From: Octopus vulgaris
Lineage: Eukaryota
Length of the DNA stretch: 64,000 nucleotides
Direction of reading: 5' to 3'
Assembly (NCBI GenBank): GCA_951406725.2
Contig: OX597819.1
Location: 45,756,001-45,820,000, forward strand
The notes under the pieces: generated by a model
Databases searched by the model: none
Seen by the model: only the letters and a program-made list of their open reading frames with translations
What the model was told of the DNA's origin: nothing
Translations under genes and position numbers: made by a program
Shown here: in pieces, positions 1-11,069 of the stretch
Layout: every line of letters starts with the position of its first letter
How positions within the stretch are numbered: position 1 is the stretch's first letter

Positions 1-594
1 TCTTTGCTTTACGACTTCGCGCATATTCTTCACAAATGGCGTTGTAAAAATTAAAGTACTACTCGCCCGACCACCGATATTTATCGGTCTGACTATGTGC
101 AATTTTTAAGTTCTCAAGAGAAATGTATGCATGCACTAGTGCTTCTCAGAGAAATATATTTATTTTACGTCAGACTGCTTTAGCTGAGTTTTATTTAAGA
201 AGCACAGCCAAATCTGTATGTGATATTTCTATAGAACTTTGTTTAAAAAGTCATCTATCGATCCATCATTTCGGTAATTTTTCGTGGCCAACTCTGATTA
301 ACAACGATATGAAGCGCTATTAGTTTCATTAAAAAAATGTCCACAGTATCCTAAACAACAGTTACTGCGCTTCCAGCATCAAAGGTATATCTCATTCTAT
401 GCAGCAAGATCACAATAGAACTGAAAATAATATAACCAAACATCATTTAAAAATTTGACGCAAAACATAATGAGGAATATTAAATAATGTTAACAATCGT
501 TTTGGTTAGTTAAAACTTTCCTGTTTAAACAAAGTTTATTAAAAAGTGTAAAATAGTCCCTTATTATTCATACATACATATATACATACATGCT

Positions 595-645
<51 letters not shown>

Positions 646-711
646 CCTCGTGTGTACCGTTGGCGATTGTTTTCCTCTGTCTTCCCTTCTCTGGATCTTT
701 CCTTCTCCTAT

Positions 712-746
712 GTTTCCGACGAAGAGCTCCGCTCGAAACGTTAAAC
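712..746 (+). ncRNA. Minimal type I hammerhead ribozyme motif (PLE-type, variant core) in a ~200 bp relic (641-846)
   Basis: Stem I GTTT/AAAC; core CCGACGA+A; stem II GAGC-TCC-GCTC; GAAA; palindromic ACGT stem III; GUU site. Flanked by (TG)n and (TA)n. Confidence 0.6.
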
Positions 747-842
747 CTTCCTTCTTTCCTTCTTTCCTGAGCGTCCAATAATATTATATTTGTTCCACGT
801 CCTCGCGTTGTTGTGTTTTTTTGTGCTTTCTTGTTTGGATTA

Positions 843-926
<84 letters not shown>

Positions 927-2171
927 TTTATTGAAATGGATAAATGAATTATCTCGTTACGGATTATTCAAAATTAAACCGATACCTGGGTAGCAAAAAT
1001 CACAACAGAAAAAACACGGTTGAGGTTACGACCATGGGGTGTCGCCACCGTGCCTTAGCGCGGATAATTGAAGTTTTATATATTTAGTGAAGGGAAGAAA
1101 TGGAGCTGAACGAAGATTCTACAAAATTCCTTTTTATTATTTTCTACACATGTTTCAAAGGCTGCAAATTCCCAATTCGGATTGAATAAGGAGACCATTT
1201 TGCAGCTTTCTCTCGGAAAATTCCTGGAATTTAAATCTCCAAACAAAAGCGCAGCAAGCTTTTCGATATATATTATATCTTTCATACATTATATCTTTCA
1301 TCTTCAACTTTTCTCAGTAATTTGACTGCAGGATAAAATCATGTAAGTGATAATATCAAGTGGCCAACATGCTATAAAAGCTTATATAATAATTATATAA
1401 GGGAACAGGAAAAAACCCTGCTCCAACATGTTGTAAGAATACGCCAAAAAATGTTAGAAATCACTTTTAGCTCCTGCTAAAAATACGGGTTGTAGACGGG
1501 CAAATGAAAGATACAAAAGAAAATTCCACAATCAATTGTGTATTGCTCCAATTTCGAAATTAAAGCGGTAAAATATCTTATTTCCCATCCTCAGCGCAAT
1601 GTTCAAAGAAACATTGTCACAAATATTCATACATACACCCACAAAACAAATTCGTACGACCATGTGCAAATATCCGCGCTTATGCTTCAAAATTAAATCA
1701 AATTTTTACTTTTAATTTCAGCCGCGTATTTTTTAAAACCGAAATAGCCTCAAAGCAATGCAGTTCCGATCCGTAGCATAAATATTTTATATATTTATAT
1801 AAACAAGGATAAAATCACGTAAATGATAATAGATAATATCAACTGGCCAACATACTCTAAAACTTTGTGTTTAAATTATACTACAATAATAATTTTGTAT
1901 ATACACTATACAATTATATAAGGGAACATATATATTTATTTATATGAGAGAGCACATGGACTAGCGGCTAGGGTGTTGCATCTTTGAACAAAACACTTCA
2001 CCCCACATCACACTGCGATCGCTTTGGAACCAGTTCAGGGAACGTAGAATTGATGGAGTGAGTGTGTTAACATACATCATACATATTTGATCACTATTTA
2101 CAAATCGTTTGCGTAGATGGTTCAGTAAGGACTGAGCCACGAAAAAGGTTGATGCTGGGAATCTCACTAAG

Positions 2172-2354
2172 ATGCCAAGCCCAAAACAACGAGATGAGGG
2201 ATTGGAGGACGTTTTCGCAGAATACCACCACGCAAATCTTCGATGGGCCGATCATGTTGCAAGGTTCACTGACAGCGGGTGGAAGCATGCAGTTGTAGAG
2301 TGGTACCGAATCAGGTGGGAAGATGATTTAAAAAAGATGGTTCAAACAACGTAG
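2172..2354 (+). pseudogene. RTE-clade LINE ORF C-terminal relic
   Basis: LRWADHVARFTDSGWKHAVVEWY...RWEDDLKK resembles the RTE C-terminal WAGHVAR...EW...RW.DD motif; its end is part of a ~104 bp tandem duplication (2310-2514). Confidence 0.65.
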
Positions 2355-2524
2355 AGAAAGGATAACGAGAAAAAGTTGTGGCGAAAGAGTCAGCAGAAGT
2401 TCGCCATTACCAATCAGGTGGGAAGATGATTTAAAAAAGATGGTTCAAACAACGTAGAGGAAAGATAACAAGAGAAGGCTGAGGCGAAAGAGTCAGCAGA
2501 AGTTCGCCATTACCTTCTGCCAGA

Positions 2525-2630
2525 GCCGCGTTGAGCTTAGGTGTTTCGCTCATAAACACACATATCGCCCGGTCTGAGATTCGAACCCGCGATCCCTCGA
2601 CCGCGAGTCCGCTGCTTTAACCACTACTCC
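2525..2630 (-). mobile_element. tRNA-derived SINE head fragment
   Basis: Minus strand AGTGGTTAAAGCAGCGGACTCGCGGTCGAGGGATCGCGGGTTCGAATC (A/B boxes); related copies at 24245-24532 and 34235-34420. Confidence 0.65.
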
Positions 2631-2739
2631 ATAAAACATATCACTACACGTTTCGATATATTTTTATATTGAGACATAGACCATAGACATGTAGTAAACT
2701 GCACAGCACTTTTATATGGTGATATATATTGGTTTCACA

Positions 2740-3015
2740 TGACTAGCAACTTCCGGTGGGGCGGAGGGTATGTCTATCACATCGATCCCAGTGTTCTACT
2801 GGAACTTATTTTATCGATTCCAAATTTTGGCACAAGGCAAGCAATTTCGGTGGAGGTGATAAGTCGATTACATCACCCCCGGTGCTGAACTGGTACTTAT
2901 TTTATCGAACCCCAACCGGTGGAAAGCAAAGTCGACCTCGGCGAAATTTGAACGTAGAACGCAAAGTCGTACGAAATGTCGCTAAACATTTTGCCTGGCT
3001 TCCTAACGATTCTAC
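2740..3015 (-). mobile_element. SINE family A, degraded
   Basis: Matches family A core (CTGGTACTTATTTTATCGA...AAAGTCGACCTCGGCGAAATTTGAAC on +). Confidence 0.7.
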
Positions 3016-3065
3016 CAGGAAACTGACTTATGTAAATACACAGACGCATGCACACACACACACAC

Positions 3066-3161
<96 letters not shown>

Positions 3162-3162
3162 T

Positions 3163-3477
3163 GAGACCCCCTTCGGTCATGACTGACCGTGGGATTGCAC
3201 CTAGAAAGTTACCCTCCCAAGTATAAGTCCAGGCAAGGTTGATTATGGAAGACCAGCAGTCACCCATGCATACCGGCCTCCCCTCTCCACGCCACCAGTG
3301 TTATCCAAGGAAAAGGCAACAGCAGATACAGCTTGGCACCTATGACGTTGCAACTCATTTCTACAGCTGAGTGAACTGGAGCAACGTGAAATAAAGTGTA
3401 TTGCTCAAGAACACAACACGCAGCCCGGATTCGAACTCACAACCTCACGATCGTAAGCTCGACGCTCTAACCACTGA
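3163..3477 (-). mobile_element. tRNA-derived SINE (family C)
   Basis: Head TCAGTGGTTAGAGCGTCGAGCTTACGATCGTGAGGTTGTGAGTTCGAATCC on minus; homologous to 53826-54115 and 62185-62365. Confidence 0.7.
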
Positions 3478-3859
3478 AGATAACTACTGTACCAGCAAAA
3501 TATAATGCATTTGCATCAACAACTGGGTCATACATGGAAATAAAAATAATCTCATTTGTGCACAGAGACACACAAACATACACGCATTCATAGGCACAAA
3601 CGTTTGGTGTTAAACGGAGTGATTCTTTCATATTTTAATGTTTATTAACTGCATGAAACCATTGGGCATAAGGGAACATTCTGGGTAACTAACACACAAA
3701 TATAACAAACACTGTACGCTTTCAAAACGCGCGTGTGTTGAACAAATTTGCAACTGCGCAAGCAAATGCAAACACACATGCGAGCTTATATATGTTTGCG
3801 CATGAGTGCGTGCGTGTTTCTTTCTCTCTGTATATATGTGCATATAAAGAGAGAGATAG

Positions 3860-3900
<41 letters not shown>

Positions 3901-4207
3901 TGAAAAAAAAAAAAAATGAATGAAAGGAGAAGGAGCTGAATATTTCGTTTCAGTGTGGCATTCATCTGATTAAATGCTAAGGGCAACACTTCTCGTTTTA
4001 AAATGCTAAAATGTCATCATCCAATTTTCTGCAGATTTATCAAATACAATGCCTAGTTTTTCAAACTGAATCAACACAGTTTTGCATTGAAGTTTGTATT
4101 ATGCATGCAGTTATTCTCGCAAATAAAACATAATCATCACAGCAAACCTTCTCGTAAAACATTGTTTAATACAGTTTCCTTTTTTTTTAAACTTTTTTCG
4201 TCTCTCA

Positions 4208-4450
<243 letters not shown>

Positions 4451-5050
4451 TCGTTTTCTGTGACTTCGGCACTTCTGATTTTGTAATAAATGACAATTGT
4501 CACAGAATTAACTTCGATAATTTTTATTTTGTTTTATTTTATTTTTTTTATATCAAGTTAGTATTAGTTATTTAGTTTTTTGTCTTCTCTTATTTTTATT
4601 ATTATTATTATTATTGTTGTTGTTGTTGTTGTTGTTGTGTTTGTTGGGTCAATGTTGTTAGCTAGATTAGTAACTCATTTTAATTCAGCATACAAATCGC
4701 ATTCATACAATAAAATCTGTTCACTGATTTCGTTCCTAGACCTGGTGTTTCATACATGTTAACTTGTCACTGTCATAGATGCTATTTTATTCCTATTTTA
4801 TTTTAAAATTCTTATTTCACGGTCGCCATTATTTTTTTCATGTCGGCCATTTTTGTTATTATAGATTATCCTTTTAAGTAGTTGCAACTATAGTACATAT
4901 TGTTCGTGTTGCTTTTTAACATTTTTTTAATTGTTTTTTTGTTTCTTTTTTGTATATGCTTCCGTTAATATCTCATACACTTTCTTTTAATCGTGCTTCT
5001 TTATCCATTTGGCAGGTTTTTTTATTTAGTCCATGTTGAACGACTGTCAT

Positions 5051-5135
<85 letters not shown>

Positions 5136-5460
5136 TACTATTACTACTACCACAGCTACTATTACCACTACCTCTACCTCGCCAACCGCCACCGCCACCA
5201 CCATCACGACCAGCACTGTCACTTCCATCATCCTCATCATCATCACCACCACCATCCCGACAAACACTGCCACTACCGCTACTAGTAGCATCACCTCCAC
5301 CATTACTACTACTACTACTACTACTACTACTACCACTACCAACAACAACAACAGCAACAACAACACTGCCACTTGCAACATCATCATCATTACCACCAAC
5401 ATCACAACAAACATTGCCACTACCACTATTACTATCATCTCCACACCATTAATACTACTA
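5051..5460. repeat. Compound trinucleotide low-complexity tract (CTA/CTG/CCA/CAT/CAA)
   Basis: Direct reading. Confidence 0.9.
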
Positions 5461-5877
5461 CCTATTTCTTTACTGCCCACAAGGGGCTAAACACCGAGGG
5501 GACAAACAAGAACAGAGAAACGAATTAAGTCGATTATATTGACCCCAGTGCGTAACTGGTACTTATTTAATCGACCCCGATAGGATGAAAGGCAAAGTCA
5601 ACCTCGGCGGAATTTGAACTCAGAACGTAGCGGCAGACGAAATACCTGTTTCTTTATTACCCACAAGGGGCTAAACATAGAGGGGACAAACAAGGACAGA
5701 CAAAGGTATTAAGTCGATTACATCGACCCCATTGCGTAACTGGTACTTAATTTATCGACCACGAAAGAATGAAAGGCAAAGTCGACCTCGGCGGAATTTG
5801 AACTCACAACGTAATGGCAGACGAAGTACCGCTAAGCATTTCGCCCGGCGTGCTAAAGTTTCTGCCAGCTCGCCGCC
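5461..5877 (-). mobile_element. SINE family A, tandem dimer (tRNA head plus conserved central domain)
   Basis: Minus head GGCGGCGAGCTGGCAGAAAC...GAGTTCAAATTCC; core related to GCCTTTCATCCTTTCGGGGTCGATAAATTAAGTACCAG; body repeated twice. Confidence 0.85.
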
Positions 5878-5910
5878 TTCAATTACTACTACTACCACCA
5901 CCATCACCAT

Positions 5911-5948
<38 letters not shown>

Positions 5949-6265
5949 ATTGTAAGTGGACACGACGCAGTTACGATATACTGAATAAACATGATTTTGC
6001 TGTGTAACGGATTTCATAAAGTGACTGAATACCAAAATTTAGCTCTTAAAAACTCGCCCCAAAATCTGCAAAAATCTTGATGGCACAGGTGGCCTCCTCC
6101 AGCTAAAGTGACAATATTGAATTCTTAATTCCAAAGGTTTGCGCAGTTTCTAAGGGAACTCTTGAGTTTGTGGTGCCGGGGAGTGAATAAGCTGAATAAC
6201 GAAGAACGTCACTACTGGTGTTGCTACTGTTGTTGCTGCTGCTGCCGCTACTGCTATTACTCCTG

Positions 6266-6297
<32 letters not shown>

Positions 6298-6329
6298 ACG
6301 GTTTGAAGATATTTTTGTCAATTTCAGGT

Positions 6330-6742
6330 ATACTCTGTTACTTGTTTCAGTCATTTGGCAGTAGTCATGCTGGAGCACCGCCTTTAGTCGAACAAATCGA
6401 CCCCAGGACTTATCCTTTGTAAGCCTAGTACTTATTCTATCGGGTTTTCTTTTTGCCGAACCGCTAAGTTACGTGGACGTAAACACACCAGCATCGGTTG
6501 TCAAGCGATGTTGGGGAGACAAACACAGACACACAAACATACACACACACACATATATATATACGTATATATAGATATACATATACATATATATATGTAT
6601 ATGTATATATGTATATATATATATATATATTGGGAAGACAAACACAGACACACAAACATACACACACACATATATATATATACGTATATATATATATATA
6701 TATACATGTATATATGTATATGTATATATATGTATATATGTA

Positions 6743-6779
<37 letters not shown>
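6330..6779 (-). mobile_element. SINE family B, 3' part (interrupted by the HHR array)
   Basis: CATGCTGGAGCACCGCCTTTAGTCGA...GGTTGTCAAGCGATG then (CA)/(TA)n; uninterrupted copies at 23675-24037 and 57915-58340 continue with the sequence found at 10215. Confidence 0.85.
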
Positions 6780-6787
<8 letters not shown>

Positions 6788-7010
6788 TCAATATAGGGTG
6801 GCAAAAAAAAATTTTGTAGAATTCTTTTGCCACCAGCGGCCTAGTGGGAAAAAATTAAATAGTCAAAAACCATTTTTAAGTTCAACATCAACAATCAAGG
6901 AACGGCCATAATAGGCCATTCACCCACTAGAAATAACAGCCAAAAGCTTTAACCGCAAAATAATGTCAATTCCGTAAACCAGGAGAAAATTGAAAAACAT
7001 TTACCCTGTA

Positions 7011-7117
7011 ATTTCTTAGACGATGCACCGTTTCATCTTCAGTTTAATGGAAAACTAACCTGATTAAATTAAATCAAGCCAATCTACCATAGGCCCTTAG
7101 ATTCATCAGTAAGAAAT
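7011..7117 (-). ncRNA. Type I hammerhead ribozyme (inverted arm copy)
   Basis: Reverse complement of the HHR at 7949-8055. Confidence 0.85.
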
Positions 7118-7452
7118 AGCCAAAACCGGAACAGATATTTTTCACGAGGCATTCTCATTGCTACCTCGTCAATATCTGACCTAAAATTTTCAAATCGTCG
7201 CACTCGCGCCAAATTTATCGGCAGCAAATAAATATAAGCCGCCGATTCCATTACGGAATTAACCAGAAAATTCATAATTAATCAATATAGGGTGGCAAAA
7301 AAAATCGGGTGGAATCGTGTGGAATCGGCGGCTTATATTTATTTGCTGCCGATAAATTTGGCGCGAGTGCGACGATTTGAAAATTTTAGGTCAGATATTG
7401 ACGAGGTAGCAATGAGAATGCCTCGTGAAAAATATCTGTTCCGGTTTTGGCT

Positions 7453-7559
7453 ATTTCTTACTGATGAATCTAATGGCCTATGGTAGATTGGCTTGATTTA
7501 ATTTAATCAGGTTAGTTTTCCATTAAACTGAAGATGAAACGGTGCATCGTCTAAGAAAT
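7453..7559 (+). ncRNA. Type I hammerhead ribozyme, predicted cleavage after GUC 7551
   Basis: Stem I ATTTCTTA(7453-60)/TAAGAAAT(7552-59); CTGATGA(7461-67); stem II ATCT/AGAT(7532-35); GAAA; stem III ACGGT-GC-ATCGT; GUC. Confidence 0.85.
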
Positions 7560-7948
7560 TACAGGGTAAATGTTTTTCAATTTTCTCCTGGTTTACGGAA
7601 TTGACATTATTTTGCGGTTAAAGCTTTTGGCTGTTATTTCTAGTGGGTGAATGGCCTATTATGGCCGTTCCTTGATTGTTGATGTTGAACTTAAAAATGG
7701 TTTTTGACTATTTAATTTTTTCCCACTAGGCCGCTGGTGGCAAAAGAATTCTACAAAATTTTTTTTTTTGCCACCCTATATTGATTAATTATGAATTTTC
7801 TGGTTAATTCCGTAATGGAATCGGCGGCTTATATTTATTTGCTGCCGATAAATTTGGCGCGAGTGCGACGATTTGAAAATTTTAGGTCAGATATTGACGA
7901 GGTAGCAATGAGAATGCCTCGTGAAAAATATCTGTTCCGGTTTTGGCT

Positions 7949-8055
7949 ATTTCTTACTGATGAATCTAAGGGCCTATGGTAGATTGGCTTGATTTAATTT
8001 AATCAGGTTAGTTTTCCATTAAACTGAAGATGAAACGGTGCATCGTCTAAGAAAT
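7949..8055 (+). ncRNA. Type I hammerhead ribozyme, cleavage after 8047
   Basis: Same motif as 7453-7559. Confidence 0.85.
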
Positions 8056-8444
8056 TACAGGGTAAATGTTTTTCAATTTTCTCCTGGTTTACGGAATTGA
8101 CATTATTTTGCGGTTAAAGCTTTTGGCTGTTATTTCTAGTGGGTGAATGGCCTATTATGGCCGTTCCTTGATTGTTGATGTTGAACTTAAAAATGGTTTT
8201 TGACTATTTAATTTTTTCCCACTAGGCCGCTGGTGGCAAAAGAATTCTACAAAATTTTTTTTTTTGCCACCCTATATTGATTAATTATGAATTTTCTGGT
8301 TAATTCCGTAATGGAATCGGCGGCTTATATTTATTTGCTGCCGATAAATTTGGCGCGAGTGCGACGATTTGAAAATTTTAGGTCAGATATTGACGAGGTA
8401 GCAATGAGAATGCCTCGTGAAAAATATCTGTTCCGGTTTTGGCT

Positions 8445-8551
8445 ATTTCTTACTGATGAATCTAATGGCCTATGGTAGATTGGCTTGATTTAATTTAATC
8501 AGGTTAGTTTTCCATTAAACTGAAGATGAAACGGTGCATCGTCTAAGAAAT
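8445..8551 (+). ncRNA. Type I hammerhead ribozyme, cleavage after 8543
   Basis: Same motif as 7453-7559. Confidence 0.85.
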
Positions 8552-8940
8552 TACAGGGTAAATGTTTTTCAATTTTCTCCTGGTTTACGGAATTGACATT
8601 ATTTTGCGGTTAAAGCTTTTGGCTGTTATTTCTAGTGGGTGAATGGCCTATTATGGCCGTTCCTTGATTGTTGATGTTGAACTTAAAAATGGTTTTTGAC
8701 TATTTAATTTTTTCCCACTAGGCCGCTGGTGGCAAAAGAATTCTACAAAATTTTTTTTTTTGCCACCCTATATTGATTAATTATGAATTTTCTGGTTAAT
8801 TCCGTAATGGAATCGGCGGCTTATATTTATTTGCTGCCGATAAATTTGGCGCGAGTGCGACGATTTGAAAATTTTAGGTCAGATATTGACGAGGTAGCAA
8901 TGAGAATGCCTCGTGAAAAATATCTGTTCCGGTTTTGGCT

Positions 8941-9047
8941 ATTTCTTACTGATGAATCTAAGGGCCTATGGTAGATTGGCTTGATTTAATTTAATCAGGT
9001 TAGTTTTCCATTAAACTGAAGATGAAACGGTGCATCGTCTAAGAAAT
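8941..9047 (+). ncRNA. Type I hammerhead ribozyme, cleavage after 9039
   Basis: Same motif as 7453-7559. Confidence 0.85.
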
Positions 9048-9433
9048 TACAGGGTAAATGTTTTTCAATTTTCTCCTGGTTTACGGAATTGACATTATTT
9101 TGCGGTTAAGGCTTTTGGCTGTTATTTCTAGTGGCTGAATGGCCTATTATGGCCGTTCCTTGATTGTTGATGTTGAACTTAAAAATGGTTTTTGACTATT
9201 TAATTTTTTCCCACTAGGCCGCTGGTGGCAAAAGAATTCTACAAAATTTTTTTTGCCACCCTATATTGATTAATTATGAATTTTCTGGTTAATTCCGTAA
9301 TGGAATCGGCGGCTTATATTTATTTGCTGCCGATAAATTTGGCGCGAGTGCGACGATTTGAAAATTTTAGGTCAGATATTGACGAGGTAGCAATGAGAAT
9401 GCCTCGTGAAAAATATCTGTTCCGGTTTTGGCT

Positions 9434-9540
9434 ATTTCTTACTGATGAATCTAATGGCCTATGGTAGATTGGCTTGATTTAATTTAATCAGGTTAGTTTT
9501 CCATTAAACTGAAGATGAAACGGTGCATCGTCTAAGAAAT
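9434..9540 (+). ncRNA. Type I hammerhead ribozyme, cleavage after 9532
   Basis: Same motif as 7453-7559. Confidence 0.85.
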
Positions 9541-9926
9541 TACAGGGTAAATGTTTTTCAATTTTCTCCTGGTTTACGGAATTGACATTATTTTGCGGTT
9601 AAGGCTTTTGGCTGTTATTTCTAGTGGGTGAATGGCCTATTATGGCCGTTCCTTGATTGTTGATGTTGAACTTAAAAATGGTTTTTGACTATTTAATTTT
9701 TTCCCACTAGGCGGCTGGTGGCAAAAGAATTCTACAAAATTTTTTTTGCCACCCTATATTGATTAATTATGAATTTTCTGGTTAATTCCGTAATGGAATC
9801 GGCGGCTTATATTTATTTGCTGCCGATAAATTTGGCGCGAGTGCGACGATTTGAAAATTTTAGGTCAGATATTGACGAGGTAGCAATGAGAATGCCTCGT
9901 GAAAAATATCTGTTCCGGTTTTGGCT

Positions 9927-10033
9927 ATTTCTTACTGATGAATCTAAGGGCCTATGGTAGATTGGCTTGATTTAATTTAATCAGGTTAGTTTTCCATTAA
10001 ACTGAAGATGAAACGGTGCATCGTCTAAGAAAT
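9927..10033 (+). ncRNA. Type I hammerhead ribozyme, cleavage after 10025
   Basis: Same motif as 7453-7559. Confidence 0.85.
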
Positions 10034-10153
10034 TACAGGGTAAATGTTTTTCAATTTTCTCCTGGTTTACGGAATTGACATTATTTTGCGGTTAAAGCTT
10101 TTGGCTGTTATTTCTAGTGGGTGAATGGCCTATTATGGCCGTTCCTTGATTGT

Positions 10154-10214
<61 letters not shown>

Positions 10215-10216
<2 letters not shown>

Positions 10217-10372
10217 CGACGGTATTCTTTCAGTTTCCGTCAACCAAATCCACTCACAAGGCTTTGGTATGTCCGAAGATATAGTAGAAGACACTTGCCC
10301 AAGGTGCCACGCAGTGGGACTGAACCCGGAACAATGTGGTTGGTAAGCAAGCTACTTACCAAACCGCCACTC
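10215..10372 (-). mobile_element. SINE family B, 5' tRNA-like head (continuation of 6330-6779)
   Basis: Minus GGTAAGTAGCTTGCTTACCAACCACATTGTTCCGGGTTCAGTCCCACTGCGTGGCACCTTGGGCAAGTG; colinear with uninterrupted copies. Confidence 0.85.
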
Positions 10373-11069
10373 GTGCAAGCTCATATTAACCATATATTTT
10401 TGTATGTCATAGAAAAATATTTAATCAAATCTTTGTACAATGAATTAGTATCTTCATTACCAGGCAAATGCCACACCCCCAAACAAAGTGGCAGACATAT
10501 GGATGAATATTTGAAAAATCTGAGAAAACAGACTCGTGTGAAAATGTGTCATAGAATAAGTAAAAGCATAAAATACACGCATATCTTTTTATTATGATCT
10601 TGTTGTTTTTACTACCATTGCCTTTAACATCAAAAGAAGTAGTTAGTGATATTTCTATACGAACCTTTTAGTTTGGAATTGAAATCACTGGTGTTGTTCC
10701 TTTCTTCAAGTGATCCCCGAAATATCTACAGGGAGATATTTCATCGATTGTTGCTTTGTATTGATGCAATTAATTAATCGTTGACGAGTTGGTAGCGTCG
10801 TTAGAGGATCGGAAAATTATCTGGTAGCAAAAGCTAACTTGTTTAATACAGATTCAGACATCATTGATCCAGGATAACACGAAAGTTCAAATTCTTGTTA
10901 AGGGTCATACGTTTATCACGACGAGACGTATGATAACACGGATCGAAAATTAGTTAAGTATTTTTCTTGAACTGAAAAGATCGATCCAGCGACCATCTGC
11001 AAGGGTCAGAAAGGGCTGGGAACGTGGAACGAAAACTACATTTCCGACATTTCAAATGGTCTTATGTCA

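Larger units (their letters stand above)
6780..10157 (+). mobile_element. Retrozyme-like tandem array of a 493-496 bp hammerhead-containing unit: inverted arm 6780-7305, filler 7306-7319, sense arm 7320-10157 (~5.7 units)
   Basis: Near-identical units with periods 496,496,496,493,493; one HHR per unit; (TA)n on both sides. Confidence 0.85.

Noticed and set aside
4820-4855. YY1-like GCCAT motifs suggesting a promoter
   Set aside because: Short motifs without supporting context.
6780-7305. Second ribozyme on the antisense strand of the unit (ambisense viroid-like)
   Set aside because: No CUGANGA...GAAA fold found by eye; a covariance-model search for other ribozyme classes is still needed.
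7791-7982. 63-aa ORF repeated in every array unit
   Set aside because: No recognisable domain; recurrence is explained by repeat identity; it overlaps the ribozyme; its length is compatible with chance.
6780-10157. Array as CRISPR, plain satellite or Helitron (hairpin followed by CTAG at ~6797-6844)
   Set aside because: No spacers; element ends do not coincide with the CTAG; the full HHR and RNA-type pairing explain it better.
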